Origin: Alphaproteobacteria bacterium
Lineage (GTDB): Bacteria > Pseudomonadota > Alphaproteobacteria > GCA-2731375
Assembly (NCBI GenBank): GCA_965225945.1
Contig: CBDDBZ010000032.1
Coordinates: 64,001-128,000 of the forward strand
DNA length: 64,000 bases
Reading direction: 5' to 3'
Program-made: the position numbers and the translations under genes
In this document: positions 54,017-64,000 of the stretch, in pieces
Position numbering within the stretch: the first letter of the stretch is position 1
Layout: every line of letters begins with the position of its first letter
The notes under the pieces: model-generated
What the model saw: the letters and a program-made list of their open reading frames with translations, nothing else
Told to the model about the DNA's origin: nothing
The model's database searches: none

Positions 54017-54056
54017 TGGCAGAGACGGTTGGATTCCAGTCCCAGTCCCTCCGCCA
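54017..54056. repeat. tRNA-Ser 3'-end-like att remnant forming an imperfect palindrome
   Basis: TGGCAGAGACGGTTGGATTCCAGTCCCAGTCCCTCCGCCA, compared with the tRNA end GGTTCGAATCCCACCCCCTCCGCCA. Confidence 0.55.
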
Positions 54057-54377
54057 ACACTTGAAACATTGATATTAAAAGGATAAATGGAATTTGACTA
54101 ACCCCGAATCGTCTCCTGGTTTCCGCCGCTTACGGACATTGCGTATCGTATGAACGGTCATCGGAGACCACACTGGTCCGCGTTTGGCGGCGCTCATTGA
54201 CCGAATATCTTTTTCCGCACTTTTGGTGGTACGGTACGCGGCAATGATGCGGCGCTTACCCATCGCTTACCGCATTCCCTGATAATTCCCTGATACGCAG
54301 ATTAAATTCCCTGTTCCGTCGAGTAGGGAATTTGCAAAAATTATGCAGTAATATCAGCTGGTTATTGGGGGCGAGTG

Positions 54378-56089
54378 GTAACCGGGGCAAAAGACCGGGC
54401 GGCTAGGCCATTTCCATGCATCGTTGTCTGACGAGGCCGGGTAGAGATGGCACCGGTGTTGCGTTCGGGACCTGGAGACGGTCGCCGAGATAATGCCAAT
54501 ATGAGATCCCGAGCTTTCGGCAGGTCTTCATCAGCCCGATGAAGGTGTCGCGGGCCTGCTTGCCGGCTTGCGAGCGGGTGCCGCCGGACAGTTTTCGCCG
54601 GGTGACCATGGCGCGGATGTCGGTTTCCGAGCCATTGGTGTGGAGCGGCACCTCCGGGCGGTCGAGGACGACCAGCAATTCCTCCCTGTTGGTGTGGATA
54701 CGCGCCAGCAGCCGATCCAGGGTGATGAAGCCTGTTTTCGTGGTGAACAGAGCCTCGAAGCGGCGATACAATTGGCCTCGCCGCCTTGGCGTCGGCTTTT
54801 CGCGATAGGCTTTCAGATCGGCGTAGAGCCGCCAGAGCCGGGCTTGGATGCGTTCCTTCTCCCGGCGCTGAGCCTCGCTGAAAGCGTCCAGTTGGTGGAT
54901 CAGCCGTTCGCTATGAACCCAGCAGAGCGCGTGGCGATCGACGTTGAACTGGCCGGCATCGTCACTCAGAACAACCGTGCCATCCGGGCCGCCATTGAGC
55001 AACCCGTGCGCGGTGATGGCCCCCCACAGCGCGCCCTCGGTGGCGACCTTGACTGGATCGGGATGGACTTTGAGCGCGGCAATCCCAAGCTACTCGAGAT
55101 GGACCATCCAGGCGGCCTCGCCGACAAAGTGGTGGTTCTCCGCCTCGGCCAGCCGAGCGATCACGGTTCCGGCGAGCTTGCGCTTGCGCAGGTAGGAGAA
55201 CGCCGCCTAGTTGATCACATAGTCGCCATGGCCGGCCCGCAGCAGCTCCAGGAAGTTCAACCGGCTCTTGGAAAAGCCGGTGTTGAACCAGGTAAACGCA
55301 TCGTTGCCGATCTGGGTTGTCACCCCATTGCGGTGCGCATGCCGGGCGCCGGTGTCGTCCACGCTGATCCAGGGCGCGGTTTCCAGGCCGGCGCGCAGCA
55401 CCGCTTGCGCCTCGGCGGCAAAAGCTTCCTGGCCCTCGTTCAAAAGCCGCATCACCTGGCGCTTGGAGATATCGACGCCGAGATCGCGCAACAGCCTCGC
55501 CAAGCGTTCCACGCTGGTCTGCGCGCCGTGCTATTGGGCCAACACGAAACGGCGAAGCTCGGGGCCGAAATGACCGCGCGTCCCCGCCGGCAGGGGCGCC
55601 ACCAGGCAACGACCGTCCGGCGTCAGCCAGCGCTCGCGGCGCAACAGAACGTTATGCGGCCGGCAGAGCAGATCCTGGACCAGGTAATCCTCCCAGCCCT
55701 TGAAGCGCGAGCCCGCCGGCGCATCGACGTCGACGACGCGTTTCTCATCAATCGAGACCCGGCCCAACTTGGCCCCGCGCCGCGCCTTGTTGGCAGACCG
55801 CCCCGCCTTCGCCTGTGCCCGCGAGCGCGCTTTCTCGTCCATCCCGCTGGGCTTGATATTCGGGGGACCGTTCAGGCCCTCGAGACGGCGGTTCTCCTCC
55901 CGTAGCGCGGCGATCTCGCCATCCCGTGCCGCGCCCAGCTCAAGCAGCTCCAACACCAACGCCTTGAGGGCCGCGATATCCAGAGCATCAACGTCCAGGG
56001 GCGATTCGGCCATGCGGGGATTGATTCACAACTCGCGCCGAAAAGGAATCCCCTGCACGAAAAAATGCCCGGTGTTTTGCCCCGGTTAC
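54378..56089 (-). mobile_element. IS66-family (single-ORF) element; transposase pseudogene 54403..56013
   Basis: IRs GTAACCGGGGCAAAA / TTTTGCCCCGGTTAC. 9-bp duplication GGGCGAGTG at 54369-77 and 56090-98. Motifs VDDTGARH, SDDAGQF, CWVH, TNGSE. Two in-frame TAG stops. Confidence 0.88.
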
Positions 56090-56283
56090 GGGCGAGTGGA
56101 TCGAAATCGGGCGAAATCGGCGATTTTCCCTGTGAATTCCCTGCATAACAGGGAACTTGGCCGGAGAATGACGGAGACCAGTTCGCTCATGCCTCCCTGT
56201 ACCGCCAAATAAGTTGGGCAAATTCCCGGGCGACGGGGTCCAGGATGCCCTATCGCAATGATGTCGGGTAGGTAGGGAAGACT

Positions 56284-56358
56284 TGGAGCGGGCGATGGGA
56301 TTCGAACCCACGACTTCAACCTTGGCAAGGTTGCGCTCTACCCCTGAGCTACGCCCGC
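56284..56358 (-). tRNA. tRNA-Gly(GCC)
   Basis: GCGGGCGTAGCTCAGGGGTAGAGCGCAACCTTGCCAAGGTTGAAGTCGTGGGTTCGAATCCCATCGCCCGCTCCA. Confidence 0.96.
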
Positions 56359-56689
56359 GCCCGGGGCCGGGATCATAGCCATATCCCCCCCGGTGGCAAG
56401 CCACAATTCATTCCCCAACCCGTCCCGCGGCCCGTCCCAGGGCTTTCCCCGCGCACGCTCGCCTTATTCTCGCCGCCGCCCTCGCACCGAGATGGCCATG
56501 CCACGGTGCCCCGAAGAGCTGTTCGGCCGGCTCGACGCCCTCGTCATCGTGACCACGGCGCACGGCCGCCCACCCGCCGCCCTTGCGGGGCCCGGGCGGC
56601 CACCCTACCCTAGGAAGCAAGCTGGGACGGCGGTGACGCGCCCGCCCGGCGCAGCTACGAGCCGCGCCTCGGCGAGGAGGATGAGAGGG

Positions 56690-57589
56690 ATGGAGGAGCC
56701 GCTGATCGGCCAGGCGCCGGCCGACGTGATCAAGGACACCGATGCCCAGGGCTTCGCCGACGACGTCATGGTCGCCAGCCAGGAGGTGCCGGTGATCGTC
56801 GACTTCTGGGCGCCCTGGTGCGAGCCTTGCAAGCAGTTGACGCCAATCCTGGAGAAGCTGGTGCGCCAGGCCGGCGGCACGGTCCGCCTGGTCAAGCTCA
56901 ACATCGACGAAAACCCGGCGATCGCGCAGCAACTCCGCATCCAGTCGATCCCCGCCGTCTACGCCTTCCGGCACGGCCAGCCGATCGACGGCTTCTCCGG
57001 CGCGTTGCCCGAAAGCCAGGTCCGCGCCTTCGTCGAGCGCCTCACCGGCGACAGCGGACCGAACGAGGTCGAGCGGGCGATCGAGGCGGCCGAGCAGGCG
57101 CGCGAGGCGGGCGATCTCGATCGCGCCGTCGACGTCTTCGGCCAGATCCTCCGGATCGAGCCGCAAAACGTCAATGCGTTGGCCGGTCTGGCGCGGTGCT
57201 ACGTCGGCGCCGGCGAGCTGGAGGAAGCGGCACGGACGCTCGAGATGATCGCGCCGCAGAGCCGCGGGGCGCCCGCCGTCACGGCCGCCCAGGCGGCCTT
57301 GGAGCTGGCCCGCCAGGCGGGCGATGCCGGCGACATCGGCGAGCTTCGGCGCGCGGTCGAGACCGATCCGAACGATCACCAGTCCCGCTTCGACCTGGCC
57401 CAGGCCCTGGTTGTCCAGAGCGCGCGCGAGGAGGCGGTGGACCACCTGCTGGAAATCGTCAAGCGCGACCGGAAGTGGAACGAGGAGGCGGCCCGCAAGC
57501 AACTGCTGACGCTATTCGACGCCTTCGGCGTCGCCGACCCGCTGACCGCCGCCTCCCGGCGGCGGTTGAGCACGCTGCTGTTCTCCTGA
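56690..57589 (+). CDS. ybbN: Thioredoxin-TPR chaperedoxin (YbbN/CnoX)
   Basis: DFWAPWCEPCKQL, IQSIPAV, TPRs, C-terminal RRRLSTLLFS. Confidence 0.9.
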   Translation: MEEPLIGQAPADVIKDTDAQGFADDVMVASQEVPVIVDFWAPWCEPCKQLTPILEKLVRQAGGTVRLVKLNIDENPAIAQQLRIQSIPAVYAFRHGQPIDGFSGALPESQVRAFVERLTGDSGPNEVERAIEAAEQAREAGDLDRAVDVFGQILRIEPQNVNALAGLARCYVGAGELEEAARTLEMIAPQSRGAPAVTAAQAALELARQAGDAGDIGELRRAVETDPNDHQSRFDLAQALVVQSAREEAVDHLLEIVKRDRKWNEEAARKQLLTLFDAFGVADPLTAASRRRLSTLLFS

Positions 57590-57733
57590 CCCGGGCGAGG
57601 CCGGCCGGGCACGCCATACGATGAGCATCGACCTCGAGCGCCCCGCTCGCCCCGCGGGCCACCCGCGAGGGTCCCCTTCCCGGAGCGCGAGCGGGGCGAG
57701 GAGGGAATCGCCGGGAAAGGCGATCGGCGTGCG

Positions 57734-58378
57734 ATGACCACCTTGCCCGAGCGGATCGCCGTCTTCCCGCTGACCGGGGTCCTGCTGCTGCCGAACGAGC
57801 GGCTACCGCTCAACATCTTCGAGCCGCGCTACCTGGAGATGACCCGCGACGCGCTGGCGGGCGAGGGGCTGATCGGCATGATTCAGCCGCTCGATCCCGA
57901 GGATCCCGCGTTCGAGCCGGCGATCTACGAGACCGGTTGCGCGGGCCGCATCACCACTTCGCGCCAGACCCCGGACGGTCGATATCTGATCGTGTTGACG
58001 GGGGTTTCGCGCTTTCGGGTCGCGCGGGAGCTCGAGACCGAGGCCGAGTATCGCCAGGTGATTCCCGACTGGTCGCCGTTCGACGCCGATATCTCGGCCA
58101 ACGAGCAAACGGCGGCAATCGATCGCGAGCGCCTGTCGCGGGTCCTCGAGGCCTTCGCCGCGGCGAACGAGCTGACCTTGGATTGGGATGCGGTGGCGGA
58201 GACGCCGGGCGCCACGTTGGTGAACCAGTTGGCGATGCTGGCGCCGTTCCAGCCGAGCGAGAAGCAGGCGCTGCTGGAATCGCGCGACGCGGGGGAGCGG
58301 GCCCGGGTGCTGACCGCGCTGATGGAGATGGCGCTGATCGGCGGCTTCGGCGGCGAGGACGGCGCGAGTTCGCATTAA
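57734..58378 (+). CDS. Lon protease N-terminal (substrate-binding) domain protein
   Basis: FPL..LLP...LPLNIFEPRY, GCAGRI, EKQALLE. Confidence 0.9.
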   Translation: MTTLPERIAVFPLTGVLLLPNERLPLNIFEPRYLEMTRDALAGEGLIGMIQPLDPEDPAFEPAIYETGCAGRITTSRQTPDGRYLIVLTGVSRFRVARELETEAEYRQVIPDWSPFDADISANEQTAAIDRERLSRVLEAFAAANELTLDWDAVAETPGATLVNQLAMLAPFQPSEKQALLESRDAGERARVLTALMEMALIGGFGGEDGASSH

Positions 58379-58445
58379 TACCAACCGCCATTTATGGCGG
58401 CTGGCATGACCTCGGTTGGCATGATTCCGCGTGAGCGGATGGCGC

Positions 58446-59063
58446 TCAGCCCTCTGGCTCGGTTGGCGCCGTCGCCGGTTTCGCTCGATGTTCCGGCGGA
58501 TAGCGGATCAGCGCGACCAAGCTGGCGAAGCCCGCATCGTCCCCCGCCGCCAAGAGCGGTGCCGCCTCCGCGATCGCGTCCAGGAGGTCGGGCAGCCAAG
58601 CTTGGTCGTTCTTGGTGAAATCCTTCAAGACGAAGCCCTTGACCCGCCTCTTGTCGCCCGGGTGCCCGATGCCCAGCCGGACGCGGCGATAGTCCGGACC
58701 GATATGGGCGTGAATGCCGCGCAGCCCGTTGTGTCCGGCATGCCCGCCGCCCCGCTTCATCTTGAGCTTGCCCGGCACCAAGTCGATCTCGTCGTGCAGG
58801 ACCACGATGTCGGCCGGATCGATCTTGAAGAACCGCGCCGCCTCGCCCACCGCGCGGCCCGACTCGTTCATGTAGGTCGTGGGCTTGAGGGCCAGGGTCC
58901 TGCGATCCCCCACCCGTCCCTCCGCCGCCTGGCCGAAAAAGCGCCGCCGCCACAGCGGGAAGCCATGAGATTCGCAGATCGCGTCGAGCGCCATGAAGCC
59001 GACGTTGTGGCGATTGCGCGCGTAGGCGTCGCCCGGATTGCCCAGTCCGACCAGCAGCAGCAC
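58446..59063 (-). CDS. pth: Peptidyl-tRNA hydrolase
   Basis: VGLGNPG, RHNVGF, KPTTYMNESG, HDEID, GGHAGHNG. Confidence 0.95.
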   Translation of the reverse strand: MLLLVGLGNPGDAYARNRHNVGFMALDAICESHGFPLWRRRFFGQAAEGRVGDRRTLALKPTTYMNESGRAVGEAARFFKIDPADIVVLHDEIDLVPGKLKMKRGGGHAGHNGLRGIHAHIGPDYRRVRLGIGHPGDKRRVKGFVLKDFTKNDQAWLPDLLDAIAEAAPLLAAGDDAGFASLVALIRYPPEHRAKPATAPTEPEG

Positions 59064-59070
59064 GAAGCGA

Positions 59071-59748
59071 CTACTCTTCCTTCGTTTCCTCGGAAGCGGC
59101 CTCGCCCTCGACCTGGTCTTCGCCCTCGATCTCGCCTTCGCCCTCGAGTTCTTCCTCTTTTTCCTCGTCTTCCTCCAGCTGCACGCTCGGCGCGGCGATC
59201 GTGGCGATGGTGAAGTCGCGGTCGGTGATCGCGGCGGTCGTGCCTTCCGGCAAGGTCACCGCGCTGATATGCAGGCTGTCGCCGACCTTGAGGCCGGTGA
59301 GGTCGATTTCGATGTTCTCCGGGATGGCGTCGGCCCGACAGACCACTTCGATCTCGTAGCGCACGACGTTCAAAACGCCGCCTTGACGCAGGCCCGGACT
59401 TTCCTCCTCGTTGGCGAAGACGACCGGGATCGCGATGGTGATCTCCGCGTCCTCGTCGAGGCGCAGGAAGTCGACATGAATTGGCGCGTCGGTGACGACG
59501 TGGAACTGCACCTCGCGGGGCAATACGCGCTGGGTTCTGTCTTCCAAGCGGAGGTCGTAGAGACGGTTCATGAAGCCGCCTCGGTTCAATTCCCGCTCCA
59601 GCTCGCGGCGGTCGATCGAGAGTGCTCTCGGCGCCATCTCGCGTCCGTAGACCACCCCGGGCACGCGGCCTTCGCGGCGGAGCTGGCGGGCCACGCCCTT
59701 ACCGGTTCCCTCGCGTGCCTCGACGCGAATTTCACTGATGTCGTTCAT
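59071..59748 (-). CDS. rplY: 50S ribosomal protein L25/Ctc
   Basis: GKGVARQLRREGRVPGVVYG, HVDF, acidic tail. Confidence 0.95.
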   Translation of the reverse strand: MNDISEIRVEAREGTGKGVARQLRREGRVPGVVYGREMAPRALSIDRRELERELNRGGFMNRLYDLRLEDRTQRVLPREVQFHVVTDAPIHVDFLRLDEDAEITIAIPVVFANEEESPGLRQGGVLNVVRYEIEVVCRADAIPENIEIDLTGLKVGDSLHISAVTLPEGTTAAITDRDFTIATIAAPSVQLEEDEEKEEELEGEGEIEGEDQVEGEAASEETKEE

Positions 59749-59951
59749 CGCTCACCTCCTTCCCGGCCATGCCCGCGCGGGCGGCCGGCGCGACGGCGTT
59801 TCCCGTCATCAATTCGGCGGCGATCATATACGCGCCCCGGCCGGAAAACTCAACGCCCGACGCACCGCTCGACAAGCGGGGTGCATCCGCGCGGGTGGCC
59901 CGGCCACTCCGCGGACACGGATCATGCACGGGCGCGGCGAGGCACGGAAGC

Positions 59952-60884
59952 TCAGTCGAACAGGCTCGAAACCGAGCTTTCCTCGCTGATCCGCCGGATC
60001 GCCTCACCGATCAGCGGCGCGATCTCGACCGCGCGTAGTTTCGCGCTATTCCCCATCGCCTCGGTTGCCTGGATGCTGTCGGTGACGGTCAGCGACACGA
60101 GATCCGAATTCTCCACCCGGGTAACGGCCTCGCCCGACAGCACGCCGTGGGTAACGTACGCGTGGACCGAGGCGGCCCCCTGTTCGGCCAGCGCGTCGGC
60201 CGCGTTGCACAGCGTGCCGGCGCTATCGACGATGTCGTCGAACAGGATGCAGCGCCGGCCCTCGATGTCGCCGATGACATGCATTACCTCGGAGACGCCC
60301 GCCCGTTCGCGACGCTTGTCGACAATCGCCAATTGCGCGCCGATCCGCCGCGCCAGCGCCCGCGCCCGGACGACGCCGCCGACGTCGGGCGAGACCACGG
60401 TCAGGTTGTTCTCCGGCAGTCGCTCCTGGATGTCGCGACTGAAGACCGGCACCGAGAACAAATTATCGGTCGGAATATCGAAGAAACCCTGGATCTGACC
60501 AGCATGGAGATCGAGCGTCAGGACCCGGTTGGCCCCGGCGGTGACGATCAGATTGGCCACCAGCTTGGCCGAAATCGGGGTCCTGGGCCCGGCTTTGCGG
60601 TCCTGTCGGGCATAGCCGAAATAGGGGACGACGGCGGTGATGCGCCGGGCCGAGGCGCGCCTGAGCGCGTCCATGCAGATCAACAGCTCCATCACGTGGT
60701 CGTTGGCCGGGCTGGAGGTCGACTGCACGATGAAGGCGTCCTCGCCCCTGACGTTCTCGTGAATCTCGACAAAAACCTCGCCGTCGGCGAAGCGGCGGAT
60801 GGTCGCCTCGGTGAGCGCGACCGACAGATATTCGGAAATGCCCTCGGCAAGCGGCCTGTTGCTGTTGCCCGCGACCAGCTTCAT
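59952..60884 (-). CDS. prs: Ribose-phosphate pyrophosphokinase
   Basis: [44 protein letters not shown]. Confidence 0.96.
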   Translation of the reverse strand: MKLVAGNSNRPLAEGISEYLSVALTEATIRRFADGEVFVEIHENVRGEDAFIVQSTSSPANDHVMELLICMDALRRASARRITAVVPYFGYARQDRKAGPRTPISAKLVANLIVTAGANRVLTLDLHAGQIQGFFDIPTDNLFSVPVFSRDIQERLPENNLTVVSPDVGGVVRARALARRIGAQLAIVDKRRERAGVSEVMHVIGDIEGRRCILFDDIVDSAGTLCNAADALAEQGAASVHAYVTHGVLSGEAVTRVENSDLVSLTVTDSIQATEAMGNSAKLRAVEIAPLIGEAIRRISEESSVSSLFD

Positions 60885-61079
60885 CGCCATGCCTCCCCGC
60901 AAGGTCCTGAGCGACCCGTCCCCCGAGCGCCAACCACCCCCGTCGGCGCCGGACTCTTAACAAGGCGCGATGGCGCTGTAAACGCCGCGTCGTCGCCAGA
61001 CGCGCGCTTGCGTCGAATGCGCGCGGGGATTACATCTTGTCGGCGCCCGAGGGCGCGGCACGCCGAGGAAAAGGCCCGG

Positions 61080-61370
61080 ATGGTCGCGGTTATCTCGCTT
61101 ATCGACGCCGTTCTGCAGATCTACACCTGGATCGTGATCGTCTATGTGATCATGACCTGGTTGGTGCAGTTCAACGTCATGAATATGCGCAACCAGTTCG
61201 TCGCGATGATCGGCAACGTCTTGCATCGATTGACCGAGCCGGTGCTTCGCCCAATTCGCAAAATCATGCCGGACCTCGGCGGCCTCGACATCTCGCCGGT
61301 GGTGTTGCTGCTGCTGCTGTTCTTCCTCAGAAACCTGATCGTCGTCGACGTCCAGAACGCGATCCGATAA
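61080..61370 (+). CDS. yggT: YggT-family membrane protein
   Basis: [18 protein letters not shown]. Confidence 0.9.
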   Translation: MVAVISLIDAVLQIYTWIVIVYVIMTWLVQFNVMNMRNQFVAMIGNVLHRLTEPVLRPIRKIMPDLGGLDISPVVLLLLLFFLRNLIVVDVQNAIR

Positions 61371-61378
61371 GGCGCTTC

Positions 61379-61762
61379 ATGGCCGCATCGACCCGCCGGA
61401 CCGCGCTCGAGAAGTCCGCCGATACCGTGGGACCGGCGCGGCGAGCCGAGGGCACGCTACGTCTCGATTGCCGATTGCGGCCGGGCGCGCGGCGCAATCG
61501 AATTGTCGATATCGCGCCGGGGGCCGACGGCGCGCCCAGGCTCCGCGCCGAGGTCGGGGCCGCGGCGGAGGGCGGCAAGGCCAACCGCGCGCTGATCAAA
61601 CTCGTGGCCGACTTTCTCGGCCTCGCCCCCTCGCGCGTGAGCATTGCGATCGGCGCCACGCGGCACGAAAAGACCCTTGCGATCGAGGCTGCAACGGGCG
61701 AGGAATGGGCCCGGATCGTGGCGGCGCTGACGGCGCTTGGCGAGCAGGAGAAGCGGCGATGA
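61379..61762 (+). CDS. DUF167 (YggU) protein
   Basis: [24 protein letters not shown]. Confidence 0.8.
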   Translation: MAASTRRTALEKSADTVGPARRAEGTLRLDCRLRPGARRNRIVDIAPGADGAPRLRAEVGAAAEGGKANRALIKLVADFLGLAPSRVSIAIGATRHEKTLAIEAATGEEWARIVAALTALGEQEKRR

Positions 61763-62646
61763 CGGCGGATATCATCGACGGAAAGGCGTTCGCGGCCGAG
61801 GTGCGAGGCCGGGTGGGCGCGCGGGTCACGGCGCTAAAGGAGGCGCATGGTCCAACCCCGGGCCTGACCGTGGTGCTGGTCGGCGAGGACCCGGCGAGCC
61901 AGGTCTATGTCCGCAACAAGGCCAAGGCCGCGCGCGAGGCCGGCATCGTCTCCGACGAGATCCGCATGGATCGCGGTGTCGGCCAGGGGGAGCTCCTGGC
62001 CGTGGTCCGCCGCCTGAACGACGATTCCTCGGTGCACGGGATTCTCGTTCAGCTCCCGCTCCCCGAACAGGTCGACGAGGCGGAGGTGGTCGACGCCATC
62101 GATCCGGCCAAGGACGTCGACGGCTTTCATATCGTCAATACCGGCCGTCTCGCCGTCGGCCTCGACGCCATGGTGCCCTGCACGCCGCTCGGCTGCCTGA
62201 TGCTGCTGGAAGACCGGTTGGGCGACCTCCAGGGCCTGCGGGCGCTGGTGGTCGGGCGCTCCAATATCGTCGGCAAGCCGATGGCGAGCTTGCTGCTGGC
62301 ACGGCACTGCACGGTGACCATCGCCCACTCCCGCACCCGCGATCTCGCCGGCGAATGCCGCCGGGCCGACATCCTGATCGGCGCCGTCGGCCGGCCGCGA
62401 ATGATCAAAGGCGACTGGATCAAGCCGGGAGCGACGGTGATCGACGTCGGCATCAACCGGATCGACGCCGGCGAGGGCAAGACGCGCCTCGTCGGCGACG
62501 TCGACTTCGAGGCCGCCAAGGAGGTCGCGGGCGCGATCACCCCGGTGCCCGGCGGCGTCGGGCCGATGACCATCGCCTGCCTCCTGGCCAACACGGTGAG
62601 CGCCGCCTGTCACCAGGCCGGCGTGCCGGTGCCGGAGGTCGAATGA
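61759..62646 (+). CDS. folD: Methylene-THF dehydrogenase/cyclohydrolase
   Basis: [52 protein letters not shown]. Confidence 0.96.
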   Translation: MTADIIDGKAFAAEVRGRVGARVTALKEAHGPTPGLTVVLVGEDPASQVYVRNKAKAAREAGIVSDEIRMDRGVGQGELLAVVRRLNDDSSVHGILVQLPLPEQVDEAEVVDAIDPAKDVDGFHIVNTGRLAVGLDAMVPCTPLGCLMLLEDRLGDLQGLRALVVGRSNIVGKPMASLLLARHCTVTIAHSRTRDLAGECRRADILIGAVGRPRMIKGDWIKPGATVIDVGINRIDAGEGKTRLVGDVDFEAAKEVAGAITPVPGGVGPMTIACLLANTVSAACHQAGVPVPEVE

Positions 62647-62741
62647 CGTCGGCTCGCGCCTGGCGCGCGTGGTTAACGCTTCCTTAGCGGCATCGCCCTA
62701 GCCTCCGTGCCGTTCGCTTCCGCCGGCATGGAGAGGACGCG

Positions 62742-64000
62742 GTGACGACCATCCCTTTGCGCGAGGCTGCGCCCCCGGAAATCGCCGACAAGATGGCCGA
62801 CGCCCGTATCGCCCTGGCCGACCTGTTGCTCGGCCAGGGGCGGACCGAGGAGGCGATCAGGCTCTATCGCGAGATGGCCGAGGACGACCCCGACGCGCAT
62901 GTCGCATGGGGGCGCCTGGGTTTGACGCTCGGCGCGCTCGACCGGCCGGCCGAGGCATCCGTGGCCTTCGCCCGGGCCGTGGCGGGCGCGCCGGATGATC
63001 CGGAGCTTCGTCTCGACCACGCCCGCGCCTGCCTCGCCGCCGGCGATCCGGAGGCGGCGCAAGGGGCTTTCGAAGCGATCCTCGAGCGCTGGCCCGACCA
63101 CCCGGACGCCGCCCGGGGCCTCGTCGAGACGGTCGTCCTGACCGCGAACGGCCTGCTGCGGGTCGGCCGTCCCTCGGCGGCCCGGGCCGTCGTCGCGCCG
63201 GTGACCGTCGCCCATCCCGAATTTGCGATCGGGTGGGAATCCCTCGGCCTCGCCTTGCTGGAGGAAGGGCGGACGGGCGAGGCGAGCGAGGCCTTCGAGA
63301 CCGCGCTTCGCCTCGACGGCGCGCTGCTCGTCGCCATCCTGGGGCTCGCGCGCTGCTACCGCGCCGCCGACGATTTCGCCGGCGCGATCCGGATGTTGGA
63401 GGATCTCGCTCGGCGCCTGCCGGACTCCGCCGACATCGCGCGGGAGCTTGCGCATGCCTACGAGCGCCAAGGGCGTATCGAGGAGGCGGCGGAGCTCCTG
63501 GAACGGTGCGTCGAGTCCGACCCCGAAGACGGCGCCGCGTGGACGATTCTGGCGATGTGCCGAGCGAAATCCGGCGACGCCGAGGCCACCCGGAACGCGG
63601 CCGGACGGGCGCTTGTGCTGGCGCCCGACAACGACACGGCCCGCGTCATCCTCGCCCGGGTAGAATTCGCGGACGGCGCGTCGGATTGCGCGATGGCGCT
63701 GTTGGAACCGGTCGCAGGGCGGCTCGGGAACGACCCGGAGCTGATGAACTCGGCCGCCTTGCTCTACGAGGCGATGCGTCGCCAGGATCGCGCCATACCC
63801 CTCCTCCGCCGGGTTCTGGAGCTCGATCCCACCGATCGCTTCGCCAACTCGCGCCTGCTCGACATCACGCTCGCGCTCTGCGATTGGCGCGACCACGACA
63901 GCTTCATCGGCAAGTTGGCGCACGGGATCGTCACCGACGTGGCGGCGGCCCGGCCGATCGCCCTCGACGTTTTCAACCTGCAGGCGCTGGCGCTCGACTA
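62742..64000 (+). CDS. TPR-repeat protein, probably O-GlcNAc transferase/SPINDLY-like (runs off window)
   Basis: Open frame from GTG 62742 with many TPR-like helices and the CDW motif (LCDWRDHD) near the window end. Confidence 0.7.
   Translation, partial: MTTIPLREAAPPEIADKMADARIALADLLLGQGRTEEAIRLYREMAEDDPDAHVAWGRLGLTLGALDRPAEASVAFARAVAGAPDDPELRLDHARACLAAGDPEAAQGAFEAILERWPDHPDAARGLVETVVLTANGLLRVGRPSAARAVVAPVTVAHPEFAIGWESLGLALLEEGRTGEASEAFETALRLDGALLVAILGLARCYRAADDFAGAIRMLEDLARRLPDSADIARELAHAYERQGRIEEAAELLERCVESDPEDGAAWTILAMCRAKSGDAEATRNAAGRALVLAPDNDTARVILARVEFADGASDCAMALLEPVAGRLGNDPELMNSAALLYEAMRRQDRAIPLLRRVLELDPTDRFANSRLLDITLALCDWRDHDSFIGKLAHGIVTDVAAARPIALDVFNLQALALD

Larger units (their letters stand above)
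30116..54056. mobile_element. tRNA-Ser-integrated genomic island (degraded mosaic)
   Basis: Integrase directly after the tRNA, AlpA, dense IS and pseudogene content. A degenerate tRNA 3'-end repeat ending CCCTCCGCCA lies at 54031-54056. Confidence 0.65.

Noticed and set aside
45369-56013. Several in-frame TAG stops (IS110 45459; IS66 55207 and 55531) suggesting amber recoding
   Set aside because: TAG terminates intact genes here (e.g. 3767, 5499, 18096) and no suppressor or pyl genes are visible. Nonsense mutations in dead transposases are the simpler explanation.

Overview
GC-rich bacterial chromosome segment, most likely alphaproteobacterial judging by gene content (ybbN-lonN-pth-rplY-prs-yggT-DUF167-folD order, typA, DUF599). 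Layout: (i) 1-3.5 kb, nested IS3 elements and an IS256 interrupting a small secreted-protein gene. (ii) 3.8-10.6 kb, a minus-strand cluster: ThDP oxalyl-CoA decarboxylase/2-hydroxyacyl-CoA lyase family, formyl-CoA transferase family, a stand-alone formyltransferase resembling the N-terminal domain of 10-formyl-THF dehydrogenase (ALDH1L), an MBL hydrolase, an enolase-superfamily enzyme and a rhomboid. (iii) 10.7-15.7 kb, an insertion hotspot around a trypsin-like protease gene: a 270-bp MITE, two copies of a 754-bp IS1595-type non-autonomous cassette with a passenger gene, and two IS4 copies. (iv) 15.7-30 kb, metabolic genes (omega-aminotransferase/ald/ureidopropionase-like, amidase, SBP, typA, Mo-hydroxylase L-M-S-G). 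(v) 30.0-56.3 kb, a decaying mosaic island between tRNA-Ser(CGA) and tRNA-Gly(GCC), with a P4-like integrase, AlpA, an amino-acid ABC transporter, oxidoreductases, DUF2971, a Cre-like recombinase, a large 2OG-Fe(II) oxygenase and IS481-like, IS110, IS630, IS66, IS5 and IS1380 pieces. (vi) 56.7-64 kb, housekeeping genes. The best candidates for new biology are a possible formyl-CoA/THF formyl-transfer module and the passenger-carrying mobile cassette with NrdR-box-like ends. All family calls come from motif recognition by eye; no database search was run.
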